Source: Octopus bimaculoides
Taxonomy: Eukaryota
Assembly: GCF_001194135.2 (NCBI RefSeq)
Contig: NC_069004.1
Span: 14,381,384-14,445,383, forward strand
Direction: 5' to 3'
Length of the DNA stretch: 64,000 bases
Shown: positions 39,024-52,320 of the stretch, piece by piece
Position numbering within the stretch: position 1 is the first letter of the stretch
Layout: every line of letters begins with the position of its first letter
Position numbers and translations under genes: made by a program
The notes under the pieces: generated by a model
What the model saw: only the letters and a program-made list of their open reading frames with translations
Told to the model about the DNA's origin: nothing
Databases searched by the model: none

Positions 39024-39370
39024 TCAACAATGGACTAACTAATAGGGAAGCAAAGGGAGTGATTGCTCCATCTGAAGCACATTTTAAAAAATTGGTGCCT
39101 TTTCAACATTTTAAAAAACTCTTTAGATCACCTGTGAGATAAAATTTAAATCTCTCTTTTTCTCCTTTTGTTAATTGCATGGCCTAGGAAGAACTGGGGT
39201 CATTACTTTATATGACCAATCACCCATGTTTTAGAACTGTCAGCTCAATTTTCTTTGATGTGTTGGTGACTGCTAACATCTGAAAAACCAAAACAAACCC
39301 TGACATCACAACCTCTCGATGCTGGACAATGCAGTGGAGTTTCATCTTTTTCATGTCGCACCTATATCTC

Positions 39371-39657
39371 ATCATCATCATCATCATCGTTTAACATCCA
39401 CTTTCCATGCTAGCATGGGTTGGACGATTTGACTGAGGACTGGCAAGCGAGAAGGCTGCACCAGGCTCCAATCTGATCTGGCAGAGTTTCTACAGCTGGA
39501 TGCCCTTCCTAATGCCAACCACTCTGAGAGTGTAGTGATTGCTTTTACGTGCCATCGGCACGAGGGCCAGTCACATGGTACTGGCAACGGCCACGCTCAA
39601 ATGATTTTCTAATGTGCCACCAGCACAAGTGCTAGAAGGCAACGCTGGTAACGATTA
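39371..39657 (-). mobile_element. RTE 3'-UTR copy (family E) with tandem units
   Basis: Reverse complement of the 15744-16090 sequence. Confidence 0.88.
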
Positions 39658-41724
39658 CGCTGTAGGTGTAAATTTCTTTCATGTCACTCCAATATCAATA
39701 GCTGTAAGTTTTGAACAAAATGAGATTCTTACTGAAACATGACATTACAGCGAGAAAATTTTTCCATGACAAAACACAGCGAATATCTTGCCTATGAGTT
39801 TGAATGTTCCACAAGCATATTTGAACTGGTCATATTTGAACTACAATCACATATATTGTAACTAATGAAATATTTTGTGTAATATAAAAAAAATGAGTTA
39901 AAAAATTGTTTGGTATGCAAAACAGTACCTTTTTTTTTAATGTGTTTGCTCTCCCTAACTTTAGAACCTGGCAACACTTCTGTTAAACAGTGAGCTTTTT
40001 CAACTTGAGTGGAAGAGAACAAACAAATCAGGGATGTTTGTGCATATATGTAGCTCTGAGGGGAAAATAAATAGTAGGTTTTTTAGTAGTTAACCCTTGA
40101 ACAAAGAGAGAGCTATAGCACAGGACATGAAGTATGCATAAGATTGAAGTATGCATAAGCAGTAGAATTATGGATAACCAGATAGTCATGATAGGAAGGG
40201 ATAGAATCAGACAGAGAGAAATGGGAGAGGTAGGATAAAAAGAGAAAGAAGAAAAGGTGACAGGATGATGAAAGATGGAAGAGAGAGAGAGAGAGAAAGA
40301 GAAAAGAATGATGAAAAGAGTAAACAAGAAGATTGCTGAGCAATATAAAAAAAATATATTAATGTAGGTAAAAAAATAATCAGTGTGGCATAACAGAAAT
40401 AGAAGGAAAATTAAGCAGAAAGCCACAGGTCAAGGAATAACACAAATATGAGGGCTGATCATTCCTTCATCAACTATTGACTGAAGGTCATAGTGATTTT
40501 GACACATTTAACAACAAGATTACTCACTTCAGTGTAATAGAAGATTTATAATAAATGCTACCAGAGAATGGTATAATGGAAACAGAAGGATATAAAAGGA
40601 TTAGAGCAATGAGATACAACAGGTATACAGAAGCATACATACACATACATATGTTTATATGTATGTATATATGCATATACATGTATCCTTTCTACTGAAG
40701 GTACATGGCCTAGTGGTTAGGCTGTTGGAATCACGATCACTAAATCATGGGTTCAATTCCCAGCATGTTGCGTTCTTGAGCAAAACACTTCATTTCACAT
40801 TGCTCCAGTTCCCATTTTGATCAGTGGAGGATGCTGGCCTGCTCATCTAGCCAGTGGGGTGACATTATTCAAAGGCTTAAATGATGCAAAGCATGTTATG
40901 ACTAGCAATGTATAACAACATCTTATAGTCTGGCTGGTCACGTGATCCCTATAGGCTCAAAGCCTGGAATTTGGGGGAGGGTGCTTGTCGGTTACATCAA
41001 ACAAAAGTGCTCGACTGGTCCTTGTTTTATCAACACTAAAAGGATTAAAAGCAAAGCTGACATCAGTGTAATTTGAACTCAGATGCATGTATGTATATCA
41101 TCACCATCAGTTTAACTCCTGCTTTTTCATTATTAAATGGAATCTTACAACAAAGTTTCGTCTGACTCATGTAATATAAAGATTAGAATAAGGATGACAC
41201 TGGTGACAATGATGATGATGATGATGATGGTGATGGTGATGGTGATGACATATGTATAGGAGTGTGTATTTACTCCTCATCATCAGTATGAGCAACCGCA
41301 TCATCACTTTACTTTGACTATGGCCCTTTCGTTTTACGTGCAACAGAGAAAACTGGCCACCTTTGTTGTTTGCATCACAAATAATCAGGGTCTGCAGTAT
41401 AATTTTTAGCGCTGGATGCCCTTCACATCCCCAACCAAGTTTACAGAATAGGCCAGATACATTTCATCATGCCATTATTCAAGATTCATTGTATGTAGCA
41501 ACATGCATGAGTTTTATCTAGCCTCTATTAGAGCAACAACTTTCTTCGATGGGTTGGTTGATCTCAGAGACTACATCTTTTGCATCATTCAACCTTTCCT
41601 TCTTTTGTAAGGACTTTACTTGGAGGACTTTGTGTATAAATACGTGTATGTATGTATGTACATAAATATATATGTGCTTATCTATCCATCTATCTATCTT
41701 TCTCTCTCTCTCTCACTCTCTCTC

Positions 41725-41769
<45 letters not shown>

Positions 41770-41988
41770 GCATATATGTTTGTGATTGGATATTTGTATG
41801 TAACAACAACAACAACGACAACAACAATATTTTGATTAAGGATTAAAAATAACAAACAAACAAAAACACTTTCTTTTGATTCAATTTTCGAAGTCTAGAA
41901 ATCAGAAATTAGATGATTGAATAATATATAAGTATATACATGTATATACATATATACATATATGTGTGCATGTGTGTATGTATGTACA

Positions 41989-42036
<48 letters not shown>

Positions 42037-43185
42037 TTTGTAATATATATACATATTTATATATGTATACATGTATATGTATTTGCATGTGTGTATATAC
42101 ATATATACATGTATACACACACACACACAAATATATCTATATTGTCGCTTGGAGGCAGAATTCATTACTATTATTAAAAAAAATCATTTTTTCCTCTTTT
42201 TTGTTTTTACAACTTTTCTTTGGTGCAGCAAATATTCAATGTCAATAACATTTATATAAGTTTTGCAATAGTAATAATAATAATAATAATAATAATGATA
42301 ATAACGATAATGATAATGTTGGCTTACCATAAATAGTCAGTGCTTAGATTTAATGGTTTTAATAAGAATTTTTTTTTTTTCTGATAATCGACAATGTGTT
42401 CAATATTATAGAATTTAAAAAGAAATCAAAGCTAATCAAATATGCCGTCAGTCCAAATACACACTCACACACTCATACACACAAGCACACACACATACAC
42501 AGAGACTGACACACATACACAAACACATATATAAAGAAAGAAACAAGTTTATTAGAAGTATCATTACACATATATATAGAGATATAGATAGAAAGATAGA
42601 TAGATAGCTGGATAGATAGATAGATAGATACATATATATATATGTATATATATATATATACATGCATACACACACACATAATATACATAAATATGTATCT
42701 CTCTCTATCCATATAAATATATGTGTTTGTGCGTGTGCATGTGTGTGTGTACATAGTAAGTGGGTGAGAGCGAAATTAGCTGAGTATAGCTAAAACATAA
42801 TATTGGTCAAATGAATGTGATTTTAAATTTCAACTTCCTCATTCAGGACCGAGCCTATGGCAATGAAAATGGCTATAAGAGCAATCAAAATTGAGCTGTT
42901 ATGGAGGAAGTAAGCTAGATAAACACAATTAGGCTAGAGACATATATTTACATGGAGCACAAAATATAGATTATTAAATGATATATGTATATATATATAT
43001 ATATGGGAGAATATACAAATAATAACAACAGACGAGGACAGGTGGTGTAAATAACAAAAGTATATATTAGTATATATATATATATATATATGATGCAAAA
43101 TCATCATGTAATGTCTTATCTTGGCATCTGTTTCAAGAGGCCAAACTTACATATTAACCATATTCAAAGGTGCATGAAATTATAG

Positions 43186-43253
43186 GTGACAAGTCCAGAT
43201 GAAGTTGCTAAGTAAATTAGGCCTCTCTTAACAATTTCGTCTGGACTGGTAAC
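43186..43253. other. 68-nt hairpin, pre-miRNA-like
   Basis: 27-nt arms with 24 of 27 positions paired (two G-U) and a 14-nt loop. Confidence 0.4.
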
Positions 43254-44207
43254 TGGTCACACACTTAAGATATCATGTACATATCTCCTATGAATATGGT
43301 TATTACATAAGTNNNNNNNNNNNNNNNNNNNNNNNNNNNNNNNNNNNNNNNNNNNNNNNNNNNNNNNNNNNNNNNNNNNNNNNNNNNNNNNNNNNNNNNN
43401 NNNNNNNNNNNNNNNNNNNNNNNNNNNNNNNNNNNNNNNNNNNNNNNNNNNNNNNNNNNNNNNNNNNNNNNNNNNNNNNNNNNNNNNNNNNNNNNNNNNN
43501 NNNNNNNNNNNNNNNNNNNNNNNNNNNNNNNNNNNNNNNNNNNNNNNNNNNNNNNNNNNNNNNNNNNNNNNNNNNNNNNNNNNNNNNNNNNNNNNNNNNN
43601 NNNNNNNNNNNNNNNNNNNNNNNNNNNNNNNNNNNNNNNNNNNNNNNNNNNNNNNNNNNNNNNNNNNNNNNNNNNNNNNNNNNNNNNNNNNNNNNNNNNN
43701 NNNNNNNNNNNNNNNNNNNNNNNNNNNNNNNNNNNNNNNNNNNNNNNNNNNNNNNNNNNNNNNNNNNNNNNNNNNNNNNNNNNNNNNNNNNNNNNNNNNN
43801 NNNNNNNNNNNNNNNNNNNNNNNNNNNNNNNNNNNNNNNNNNNNNNNNNNNNNNNNNNNNNNNNNNNNNNNNNNNNNNNNNNNNNNNNNNNNNNNNNNNN
43901 NNNNNNNNNNNNNNNNNNNNNNNNNNNNNNNNNNNNNNNNNNNNNNNNNNNNNNNNNNNNNNNNNNNNNNNNNNNNNNNNNNNNNNNNNNNNNNNNNNNN
44001 NNNNNNNNNNNNNNNNNNNNNNNNNNNNNNNNNNNNNNNNNNNNNNNNNNNNNNNNNNNNNNNNNNNNNNNNNNNNNNNNNNNNNNNNNNNNNNNNNNNN
44101 NNNNNNNNNNNNNNNNNNNNNNNNNNNNNNNNNNNNNNNNNNNNNNNNNNNNNNNNNNNNNNNNNNNNNNNNNNNNNNNNNNNNNNNNNATATATATATA
44201 TATATAC

Positions 44208-44370
44208 AACAGGCTTCTTTCAGTTTCTGTCTACCAAATCCACTCACAAGGCTTTGGTTGGCCCGAGGCTATAGTAGAAGACACTTGCCTAAGGTGCCAC
44301 GCAGTGGGACTGAACCCGGAACTATGTGGCTGGTAAGCAAGCTACTTACCACACAGCCACTTCTGCGCCT
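44208..44370 (-). mobile_element. Family B SINE head
   Basis: ggcttctttcagtttc..gaagacacttgcctaaggtgccacgcagtgggactgaaccc..ttaccacacagccacttctgcgcc. Confidence 0.88.
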
Positions 44371-45670
44371 ATGTAGCCACTCCTGCTTCCTGAAGTTGAG
44401 AAAAAATGCATTTTTGGAGTCATTTTTATCATGCTTGTGTCGTGTCAAGTTGAAAGGGATCTATTTAACATTTGTTTCGTAAGTCTGATGGGAATCTAAA
44501 TTATGGTGTAAAATTATGGTGCAAGTGTAAAACTCATTTCTGATGACTTCATAACAAGCACTAAGTTTACACAGTTGACTAAAATCTTAAAATCTCATAA
44601 TCACATCTACTAGATGTTGAACAACCATGAATAGGAGAGAACAAGGGAACCCTCTGCATGAACACAAAGGTAAGGAGCCTAAACTGCAGTCTTCTGAGTG
44701 GTTTGGAATGACAGTTAAATGTATTTCAAATATTTCAGCAGGGTTTCCCATGCTTAAGTGCTAAGCTAAGAATAAACTTCTAGTCATAATATTTCCTGTT
44801 AAAAATCAGCTGAATAGGTATGTACCGAGGATTCTTTCTTGTAGTTCAACTTGTATTATATATCTTAAAAGTGTATTCAAAGATGTATCTTGGAAAGTGG
44901 TTGATTTATTATTAAAAAGATTTTGTCAATCATGTTACATTGTGCTTGACATAAAATCATAAAAGATCAATTATGCGCTTGTACCATAATTTTCTAGCAT
45001 AATTTGAATCCACACGGGACTTATGAAATGAATATTAAACAAATACCTTTTAACTTGACACTACACAAGCACAATAAGAATGGCCCGTTTTGACCAAAAA
45101 CAACTGCATAATTTCAACTTGTGAAGTCACAAAAAGCTCTAGCTCTGTCACTTTGTATGCCTCATATTTTCATTCACGGCATCACACAAGACAGTGGTTC
45201 AGTCAGAAGCAAAATTTTGATCCTGAAAACAGGACACTTTAATATATATATATATATATATATANNNNNNNNNNNNNNNNNNNNNNNNNNNNNNNNNNNN
45301 NNNNNNNNNNNNTATATATATCTCCAGTAATTTTTGCTAGTTTATTTTTCTTCATCTTCACCCCTGGTGCTATATGAACATTTATTGTGGTTTAGAGTCA
45401 AGATTTGGTTGCTATTTCCAGCATACCGGTATCTCTTAGATACCCTAAATTATAATTTTATATATATATATATTTAGTGTACTGTTCTGTGAAGGTAAGA
45501 TCAACAAAAAAGTTCTCCAACTGGTGAGAGATAAACATTGTTTAATGTACACAGTATATATTGTTATTAGCTACTAAGAGTTTCATGCAATGAAAATGAC
45601 ACAAACAGAATGTCTTCATGCAGTCTTCGGGCTTTGCTCAAATGGGATATAAAAGCTAAAACAGGACAAT

Positions 45671-45708
<38 letters not shown>

Positions 45709-45712
45709 GCAT

Positions 45713-45743
<31 letters not shown>

Positions 45744-45744
<1 letters not shown>

Positions 45745-46490
45745 TGGGTCATTCCATAAATAATACATTTTTTTATACTTCTTTTATTTTTCAAAATTAA
45801 CATAAAGTTCTTTTTTAATCTAAAATATACTGTCCTTCATTTTTTACAATGCTCTTCCATCTATCTGGTTCACTTGCAAGGTCCCTCTTCCAAAATTCAC
45901 TTGTCTGACGAAAAATACTCCTCCAGTACTCTTCTGACCTCGTCTACAGAATTCATATTTTTTCTGTCCAAATGATTTTGAAGACTACAGAATAAATGGT
46001 AATCAGATGGGGCAATGTCTGGTGAATATGGTGGGTGGGGCATCGTTTCCCATTGAAACTGCTCCAGCCTTTGGAATGTCATCCTTGATGTATGCGGCTG
46101 AGCATTATCCTGATCAAAGCACACTTTTCATCCTGAAACCAAAGATGGTCATTTTTCTTTTAGTGCTGACTTGAGTGACTGGTTGAATGACCAAATCCAA
46201 GCCTCTCTGCTAGTTCCTTAACAGTTACAATGGGATTTTGTTCCACCAGGGTTTGCATGATGTCCTCATTGAGCTCTAAAGGTCTTCAAGGATGAGGCTT
46301 GTTTTCTAGGGTGTAGTTTCCAGCTCGGAATTTCTGGAACCCCTGTTGACACTGTCTTATGCTTATTGTCCAACCCCCATACACTGCGTTAATATTCCTC
46401 ACACTTTCTGTTGTGTTGTTGCCTTTATTAAACTCATAAACCCAAATATGCTGAATATACTCCTTGGTCACTTCCATTATAGTTTTGAAA
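45744..46490 (-). mobile_element. Internally deleted mariner transposon
   Basis: N-terminal MEVTKEYIQHIWVYEFNKGNNTTESVRNINAVYG..FQKFRAGNYTLE..LNEDIMQTLVEQNP joined directly to DQDNAQPH..HPPYSPDIAPSDYHLF. TIR ttgggtcattccataa follows a TA. Confidence 0.92.
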
Positions 46491-47164
46491 AAATAACCGT
46501 TAAAAGGACGAAAGGCGAAGTCAACTTTGGCGGAATTTGAACCCAGAACGTGCAGACAGATGAAATACTGCTAAGCATTTTGCCTGATGTGCTAACAATT
46601 TTGCCAGCTTGTCACCTTTCATTCATTTAATATTGAAGGAATTTTTGCTTTCACACAGTTACTATATGAATAAACTTGAGTGTTTTGAATTGTGTAAGAG
46701 TTGCTACTATTAGTGTTGTTGTTCTTATAGCTGCTGCTGTCTTCTAAATTACCCAAATTGCTTATTTGGATATTTGAGAATTTTTCTTGTATAGATTGTT
46801 CACCAAGTTTCTTCTTCTTTTTGTACATTTAGATGTACGTTTTTGTCAAATGGTATAATTATGTGTGGTAGCCATTTTGGATGCAAAGATGTAATGTGGA
46901 TGAATAGAATTTTTAAAAGCTTGTGAAGAACAAAACCAAAAAAACCATCTTATTCTAAAGTCACAAGCATAGCTGTTTGGTTAAGAAGCTTGTTTTGCAA
47001 CCATGTAGTCTGTGGTCTTCAATTCAGTTCCACTGTGTGGCACCTTGGAGAAGTGTCTTCTACTACAGCACCAATGAGTGGATTTGGTAGATGGAAGTTG
47101 GAAAAAACAGCCTGTTGTATATATGTACACACACACACATATATATATATGTGTACACACACAC

Positions 47165-47237
<73 letters not shown>

Positions 47238-48629
47238 TACACACACGAGTAAGTGAACACTAAATATAATTTTAGCTGAATTGGTTGGAACAGCATGAAA
47301 TGAGCTATTTTGCTCAAGAAGATGATGTTCTACTCAATCTTGGAATTGAACGTAACCACCAGACTTGGCACCATCTTGTTGAAGGTCTAATAGTTGGAAG
47401 GAAAGAAAAAGTGCATCAACACTTGATTGGTAGTCAATTTAAGCTGAGTTTACAGGGACATGTAATGAACTACCTTGCTCAAGGACATTATCCTTTACTC
47501 AGTCTTGGAATTATTTTTTTAAACTGGCAATTTATTTACTAATAGATAAAAAAAAAAAGAGAAAAAAGGTGGGGAAATACAGTGAAAGCTGGAGGGGGAG
47601 GGGCGATTGGTCACATATCCCAGAACAAGTAGGGTGCTCAGCTGTGCCCCATGGTAATGACCATTATGGTGTTGTTGTGGAGAATGGTCAGTGACACTCA
47701 TTGCAGTAACCACTCCACCTCACAGGGTTCATTTCTCCGATGGGCTAATGCTATCCCTATTCTGTGGAGGAAATTAATAGTACAGTGACTGAGAACACCT
47801 GACATCTCAACAATGACCAGCACAAACTGATAGCAGTCAGTCAGGCCATTGTATCTATTGACATTTCTCTTCTCCATGTTATGGGTGGTGACACTGGGGT
47901 TTGCAGCAGATGCCATGAAGTTGGAACTGGAACTGAACTCTTGACCTTTTAATCATAAGGTCAACACCCTAACCACTAGACTATGTACCTTCATACAGTC
48001 TAGGTACTACATTAGAAAGAGTAAAAAACAAAACTAAATAAAAAAGGCAAAAATTAATAAGATTATAATTTTTTGGACCATTATCCTCATCATTAGAGAT
48101 GGAAACTCTTTTCGTTTTTTTCTTTGCGTTTTTTTACGATATTTATATCTACATTACATTTCGATCAGTTTGATCTTTGACTGAAAAATCTAGCATCAAC
48201 ACAAACACTAAAAGAAAAAAATATCTTTCATCTTCAAAGATGAGGTTAATAGTATGAAGTATTAATCTTATTAATATTAACTTATCTCAAACATTTAGAC
48301 ATTGGAAACAAAATTAAATACTGTAAGCCATCTAGTCTGGTGCTCAACTATTTCTACTTTGTATCAAAACAAAAACAAAATTTTTAAAAGCCACAAAAAT
48401 AACCCTGTTTATTTCATGCGTAGACAAGAAATACTTGAGTTTATCTACATAAGTTTCCTTGAAGAGGTGGAGTTTTTTCATGATATCCAACAACCCAGGG
48501 GAGGATTTGCACCTAGTATGGTATACAGTCATCTTAGTTATACAAAAAACACTTTTACCAATAACGTAGAGCATAGCATACATTTATATGTTTATTTATT
48601 TAGCAATTACATTATTGATTACATTATGG

Positions 48630-48905
48630 AAAAGTCATTTAAAATTGCACAAAAACTGTTAAATTCACAAAGAAACAGTAAAATCCATCAAAACTGTTAA
48701 ATTGATAAAAACTATTAAATTCACAAATGCTATAATATTCATGGAGTCTGTTAAATACACAAAATCTGTTAAATTTATGAAAACTGTTGAATTTATAAAC
48801 TATTAAATTCACAAGTTGCAAACACTGTTAAAGTGACAAAAATCTGTTAAATTAATAAAAACTGTTGAATTCACAAAACCTGTTAAATTTACAAAAACTA
48901 TTAAA
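48630..48905. repeat. Degenerate 18-19-bp minisatellite (aaattcacaaaaactgtt)
   Basis: About 14 units ending in ctgttaaa/ctattaaa. Confidence 0.85.
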
Positions 48906-48911
48906 TCCATG

Positions 48912-49352
48912 GTAAAGATTATTTGCCAACATAACATGGCAGTCCTGGTTTAGGATGAAAGTTACTGTAATTTAGCTTCAAGAGACATCATTTCCAGCTG
49001 GCTATATGGCACGATCTGTGTCCTTATATTTTTGAACAAGGGTATTTAGCACCCCCACTCTGCTCAAAACAATATCTGTGTATCGCGATTTCTGGGTTAT
49101 TTCTCTTCATCAGCACAGAATAATTGTTTGACTAGAGGTAGTGCTGCCAAATCTCCTGTTTGAAATATAAAATTTTCAAATAGACAACTAGTCACTGATC
49201 TATAAAATAGAAAATTACTATTTGTAAATCTCTCAACGAAAATACAAGGACACAGATCGTGTCATACAGCCAGCTAGTGATGATGGGGCTAAATTACAGC
49301 ATCATTCATCTTAAACCAGGACTGCCATGTTATGTTGGCAAATAATCTTTAC
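48912..49352. mobile_element. Foldback element with ~115-120-bp TIRs and an internal hammerhead motif (Penelope-related, non-autonomous)
   Basis: 48912-49032 is the reverse complement of 49239-49352; the first 40 bp are identical. Confidence 0.8.
49075..49119 (-). ncRNA. Minimal type I hammerhead ribozyme motif
   Basis: The minus strand reads UCUGUG CUGAUGA agagaaauaaccca GAA AUCGCGAU A CACAGA: 6-bp stem I, intact core, palindromic stem III, AUA cleavage triplet and weak stem II. Confidence 0.65.
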
Positions 49353-49524
49353 TCGAGAGTACTGTTGCTGAATATCTCTCATTGAGAAATTTACAAATAG
49401 TAATTTTCTATGTTAAATTCATGTTTAATATTTTCATGAGTTGTCAAACTATTCCTTTCCTTTCAAATTAGATTTAAGGCAGTCCTTGTATCTTAGTTTC
49501 AGTTTATAAAACATGCATGCACAC

Positions 49525-49539
49525 ATATATTCATCATTG

Positions 49540-49596
<57 letters not shown>

Positions 49597-49758
49597 ATAC
49601 CATCATCATTGTCGTCGTTGTCGTCATCATCGTCATCATCATCATCATCATCATCACCATCAATATCACCATCACTATCACCATCATCATCATCGTCGTT
49701 ATCATTGTCATTGTCATCATCTTTGTCATCATCATTGTCATTATCATCATCATCATCC
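49525..49758. repeat. Degenerate (CAT)n tract extending an RTE tail
   Basis: Visible repeat, contiguous with the minus-strand family E copy at 49745-49905. Confidence 0.95.
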
Positions 49759-50304
49759 TTTAATGTCCATGTTCCATACTGGCATGGGTTGGACGATTTG
49801 ACAGAATCCAATGTGTCCAAGGACTGCATTATGCTCCGATGTCTGCTTTGGCACGAGTTTCTACAGCTGGATTCCATTCCTAACATCAACCACTTTACAG
49901 CATGGACTGGGTACCTTTCACAGTGTAATCTGTACTATTGATGTCACCATAGTGCTCACACAACTACAAAACCCAGAGCATAGAGGTCAGTTTCAAGCTA
50001 GGGATCAGGGAATTACTATGAGAAGAGGGTGCAGGCAAAAACTTTATAGCAGGTTCTTTCTTGTTAAGGGATCTGTATGGCTACACAAATTTAGTAGCAG
50101 AAAGTGGTGGGGACAGAAGGGATTTCTAAACTGTCTGAATCACAAATTTTGTGGGGTTTAGGGTATTTTTATTTTAGAGCTGGATGCCCTTCATGTTACC
50201 AACCAGTTTACAGAATGGACCAGGTACATTTCATCATACCAGTATTGGTCAACTAAAAGCTGTAGTAGAGCTCTGGTTCTCTGTGATCCAGAGACTGAGA
50301 GCTG

Positions 50305-50744
50305 GCAGAAACGTTAGCACGCCGGATGAAATGCTTAGCGGTATTTCATCTGCCGTTCCATTCTGAGTTCAAATTCCGCCGAGGTCGACTTTGCCTTTCA
50401 TCCTTTCGGGGTCAATAAATTAAGTACCAGTTACGCACTGGAGTCGATGTAATCAACTTAATCCCTTTGTCTGTTTTTGTTTGTCCCCTCTATGTTTAGC
50501 CCCTTGTGGGCAATAAAGAAATAAGAAATGTTAGCACGCCGGGCGAAATGCTTAGCGGTATTTCGTCTGCCGTTATGTTCTGAGTTCAAATTCCGCCGAG
50601 GTCGACTTTGCCTTTCATCCTTTCGGAGTCAATAAATTAAGTACGAGTTACGCACTGGGGTCGATGTAATTGACTTATTCCCTTTGTCTGTCCTTGTTTG
50701 TCCCCTCCGTGTGTAGCCCCTTGTGGGCAATAAAGAAATAAGAA
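50305..50744 (+). mobile_element. Head-to-tail dimer of a young family A SINE
   Basis: Two very similar ~215-bp units, flanked by the direct repeat actgagagctg (50294-50304 and 50745-50755). Confidence 0.92.
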
Positions 50745-51721
50745 ACTGAGAGCTGCTTTATGTGATCATGTGCAGATTTGCCCACAAACCCTCTTGCACC
50801 CAATTCTATTGCCGATATGTTCTTTCAGATTTATTTTAAACTTCAGCTCATGTAACCTCAAAATGGTTTGTGAGACCAGCCTTAGGTAGACAAATACCGT
50901 TACAAGCTGAAAAATTTGATGGCTCAACGTTCCTTGCACTGAAATTACAAACCTGGAATCACAAGGTTGTGAAGTAAACGTTTTAACCACTGGACCATCC
51001 TTGCAAAGGGTTCCTTCTCTTCTTATGACATGTATTTATGGTTAACTACACAACAAATCAGAGAAAGCTGAACATCATGGCCATAAACACAAAAACCAAA
51101 CAGTGCCAGAGACTAAATGTGAACTGTAAACCCTGCAGTTGATAGGTCAATACTATTGATTAAAGCAACTGCAATAGTGAATTTAGTTCGTACTGACTTC
51201 TAAATTTAGACAATTTGCTCAATGACAGGTTTTATCATTGAAACTTTTCCAAAATATCTTTGATTGATTACAGAGGTTGGAGATGTTTGGTAAGATTAAT
51301 ATTTAACATTTCTTCCTGGAGTATTTATCATTTGAAATTATTGATACACACATGCACAACATATATGCATGTGCACACACACAGACATGCATGCATAGAC
51401 ATGTACATACACAGACTTGCACACATGAACACACATACATATGCACGTACATACACATACACACACAAGCACATGCATATACACATAAATACATATTTTT
51501 TCTTTTCTTAATTTAGTCTTATTTTTTTATTTCCTGGAGATTATTTTATAAAAAACAAACCATAATAATTTCCCTAGAATTTCTTCTCTTGTTTTCAACC
51601 AATTTTAACCATTATTTTATGGATTATTTCTAGGTTTAAAAACCCCAAAACTAGGCTGCTGACAGTTGAAATTATTCATGCAAACAAAATAACGAAGTAG
51701 ACAAGTTTGTGAACACTTTCT

Positions 51722-52018
51722 GGTGCCATGCAAAAGCACCTTTGTCAGTGCCACTTCAAAGGGCCCAGGACTGTGCTATGTAGAAACATCTGTGCCAGTG
51801 CCGCAATAAAAGCATCCGTGCTGGTGTTATGTGAAAGCACTCATGCTGGTGGCATGTTAAAAGCACTTAAAACACTTTGTAAAGCAGTTGGCATTAGGAT
51901 TGGCATCCAGCTGTAGAAACCATGTCAAAAACAGACCAAGTGTAGCCTGAGCTGCTTTCCAACTGGCCAGCTTCTGTCAAGTCATCCAACCCATGCCAGC
52001 ATGGGCATTCAATGGTAT

Positions 52019-52049
<31 letters not shown>

Positions 52050-52060
52050 GGGGATGATGA
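51722..52060 (+). mobile_element. Older RTE 3'-UTR copy (family E)
   Basis: ggtgccatgcaaaagcacc..gttggcattaggattggcatccagctgtagaaac..(GAT)n. Confidence 0.75.
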
Positions 52061-52166
52061 TGATTTCTTATAATTCTTGAATGAAATGCTTTATGGTTTC
52101 TCTCCTGGCCCTTTACGGTCTGTGTTCAAATCATCTTGAAGTCACCTTAGCTTTTTATTAGCCCAC

Positions 52167-52272
52167 GGGCATATGGCATAGTGGTTAAGAGCGCAGGCTG
52201 CTAACCCCAAGATTCTGAGTTCGATTCCAAGCAGTAACCTGAACAACAACAACAATAATAATAATAATAATT

Positions 52273-52320
<48 letters not shown>

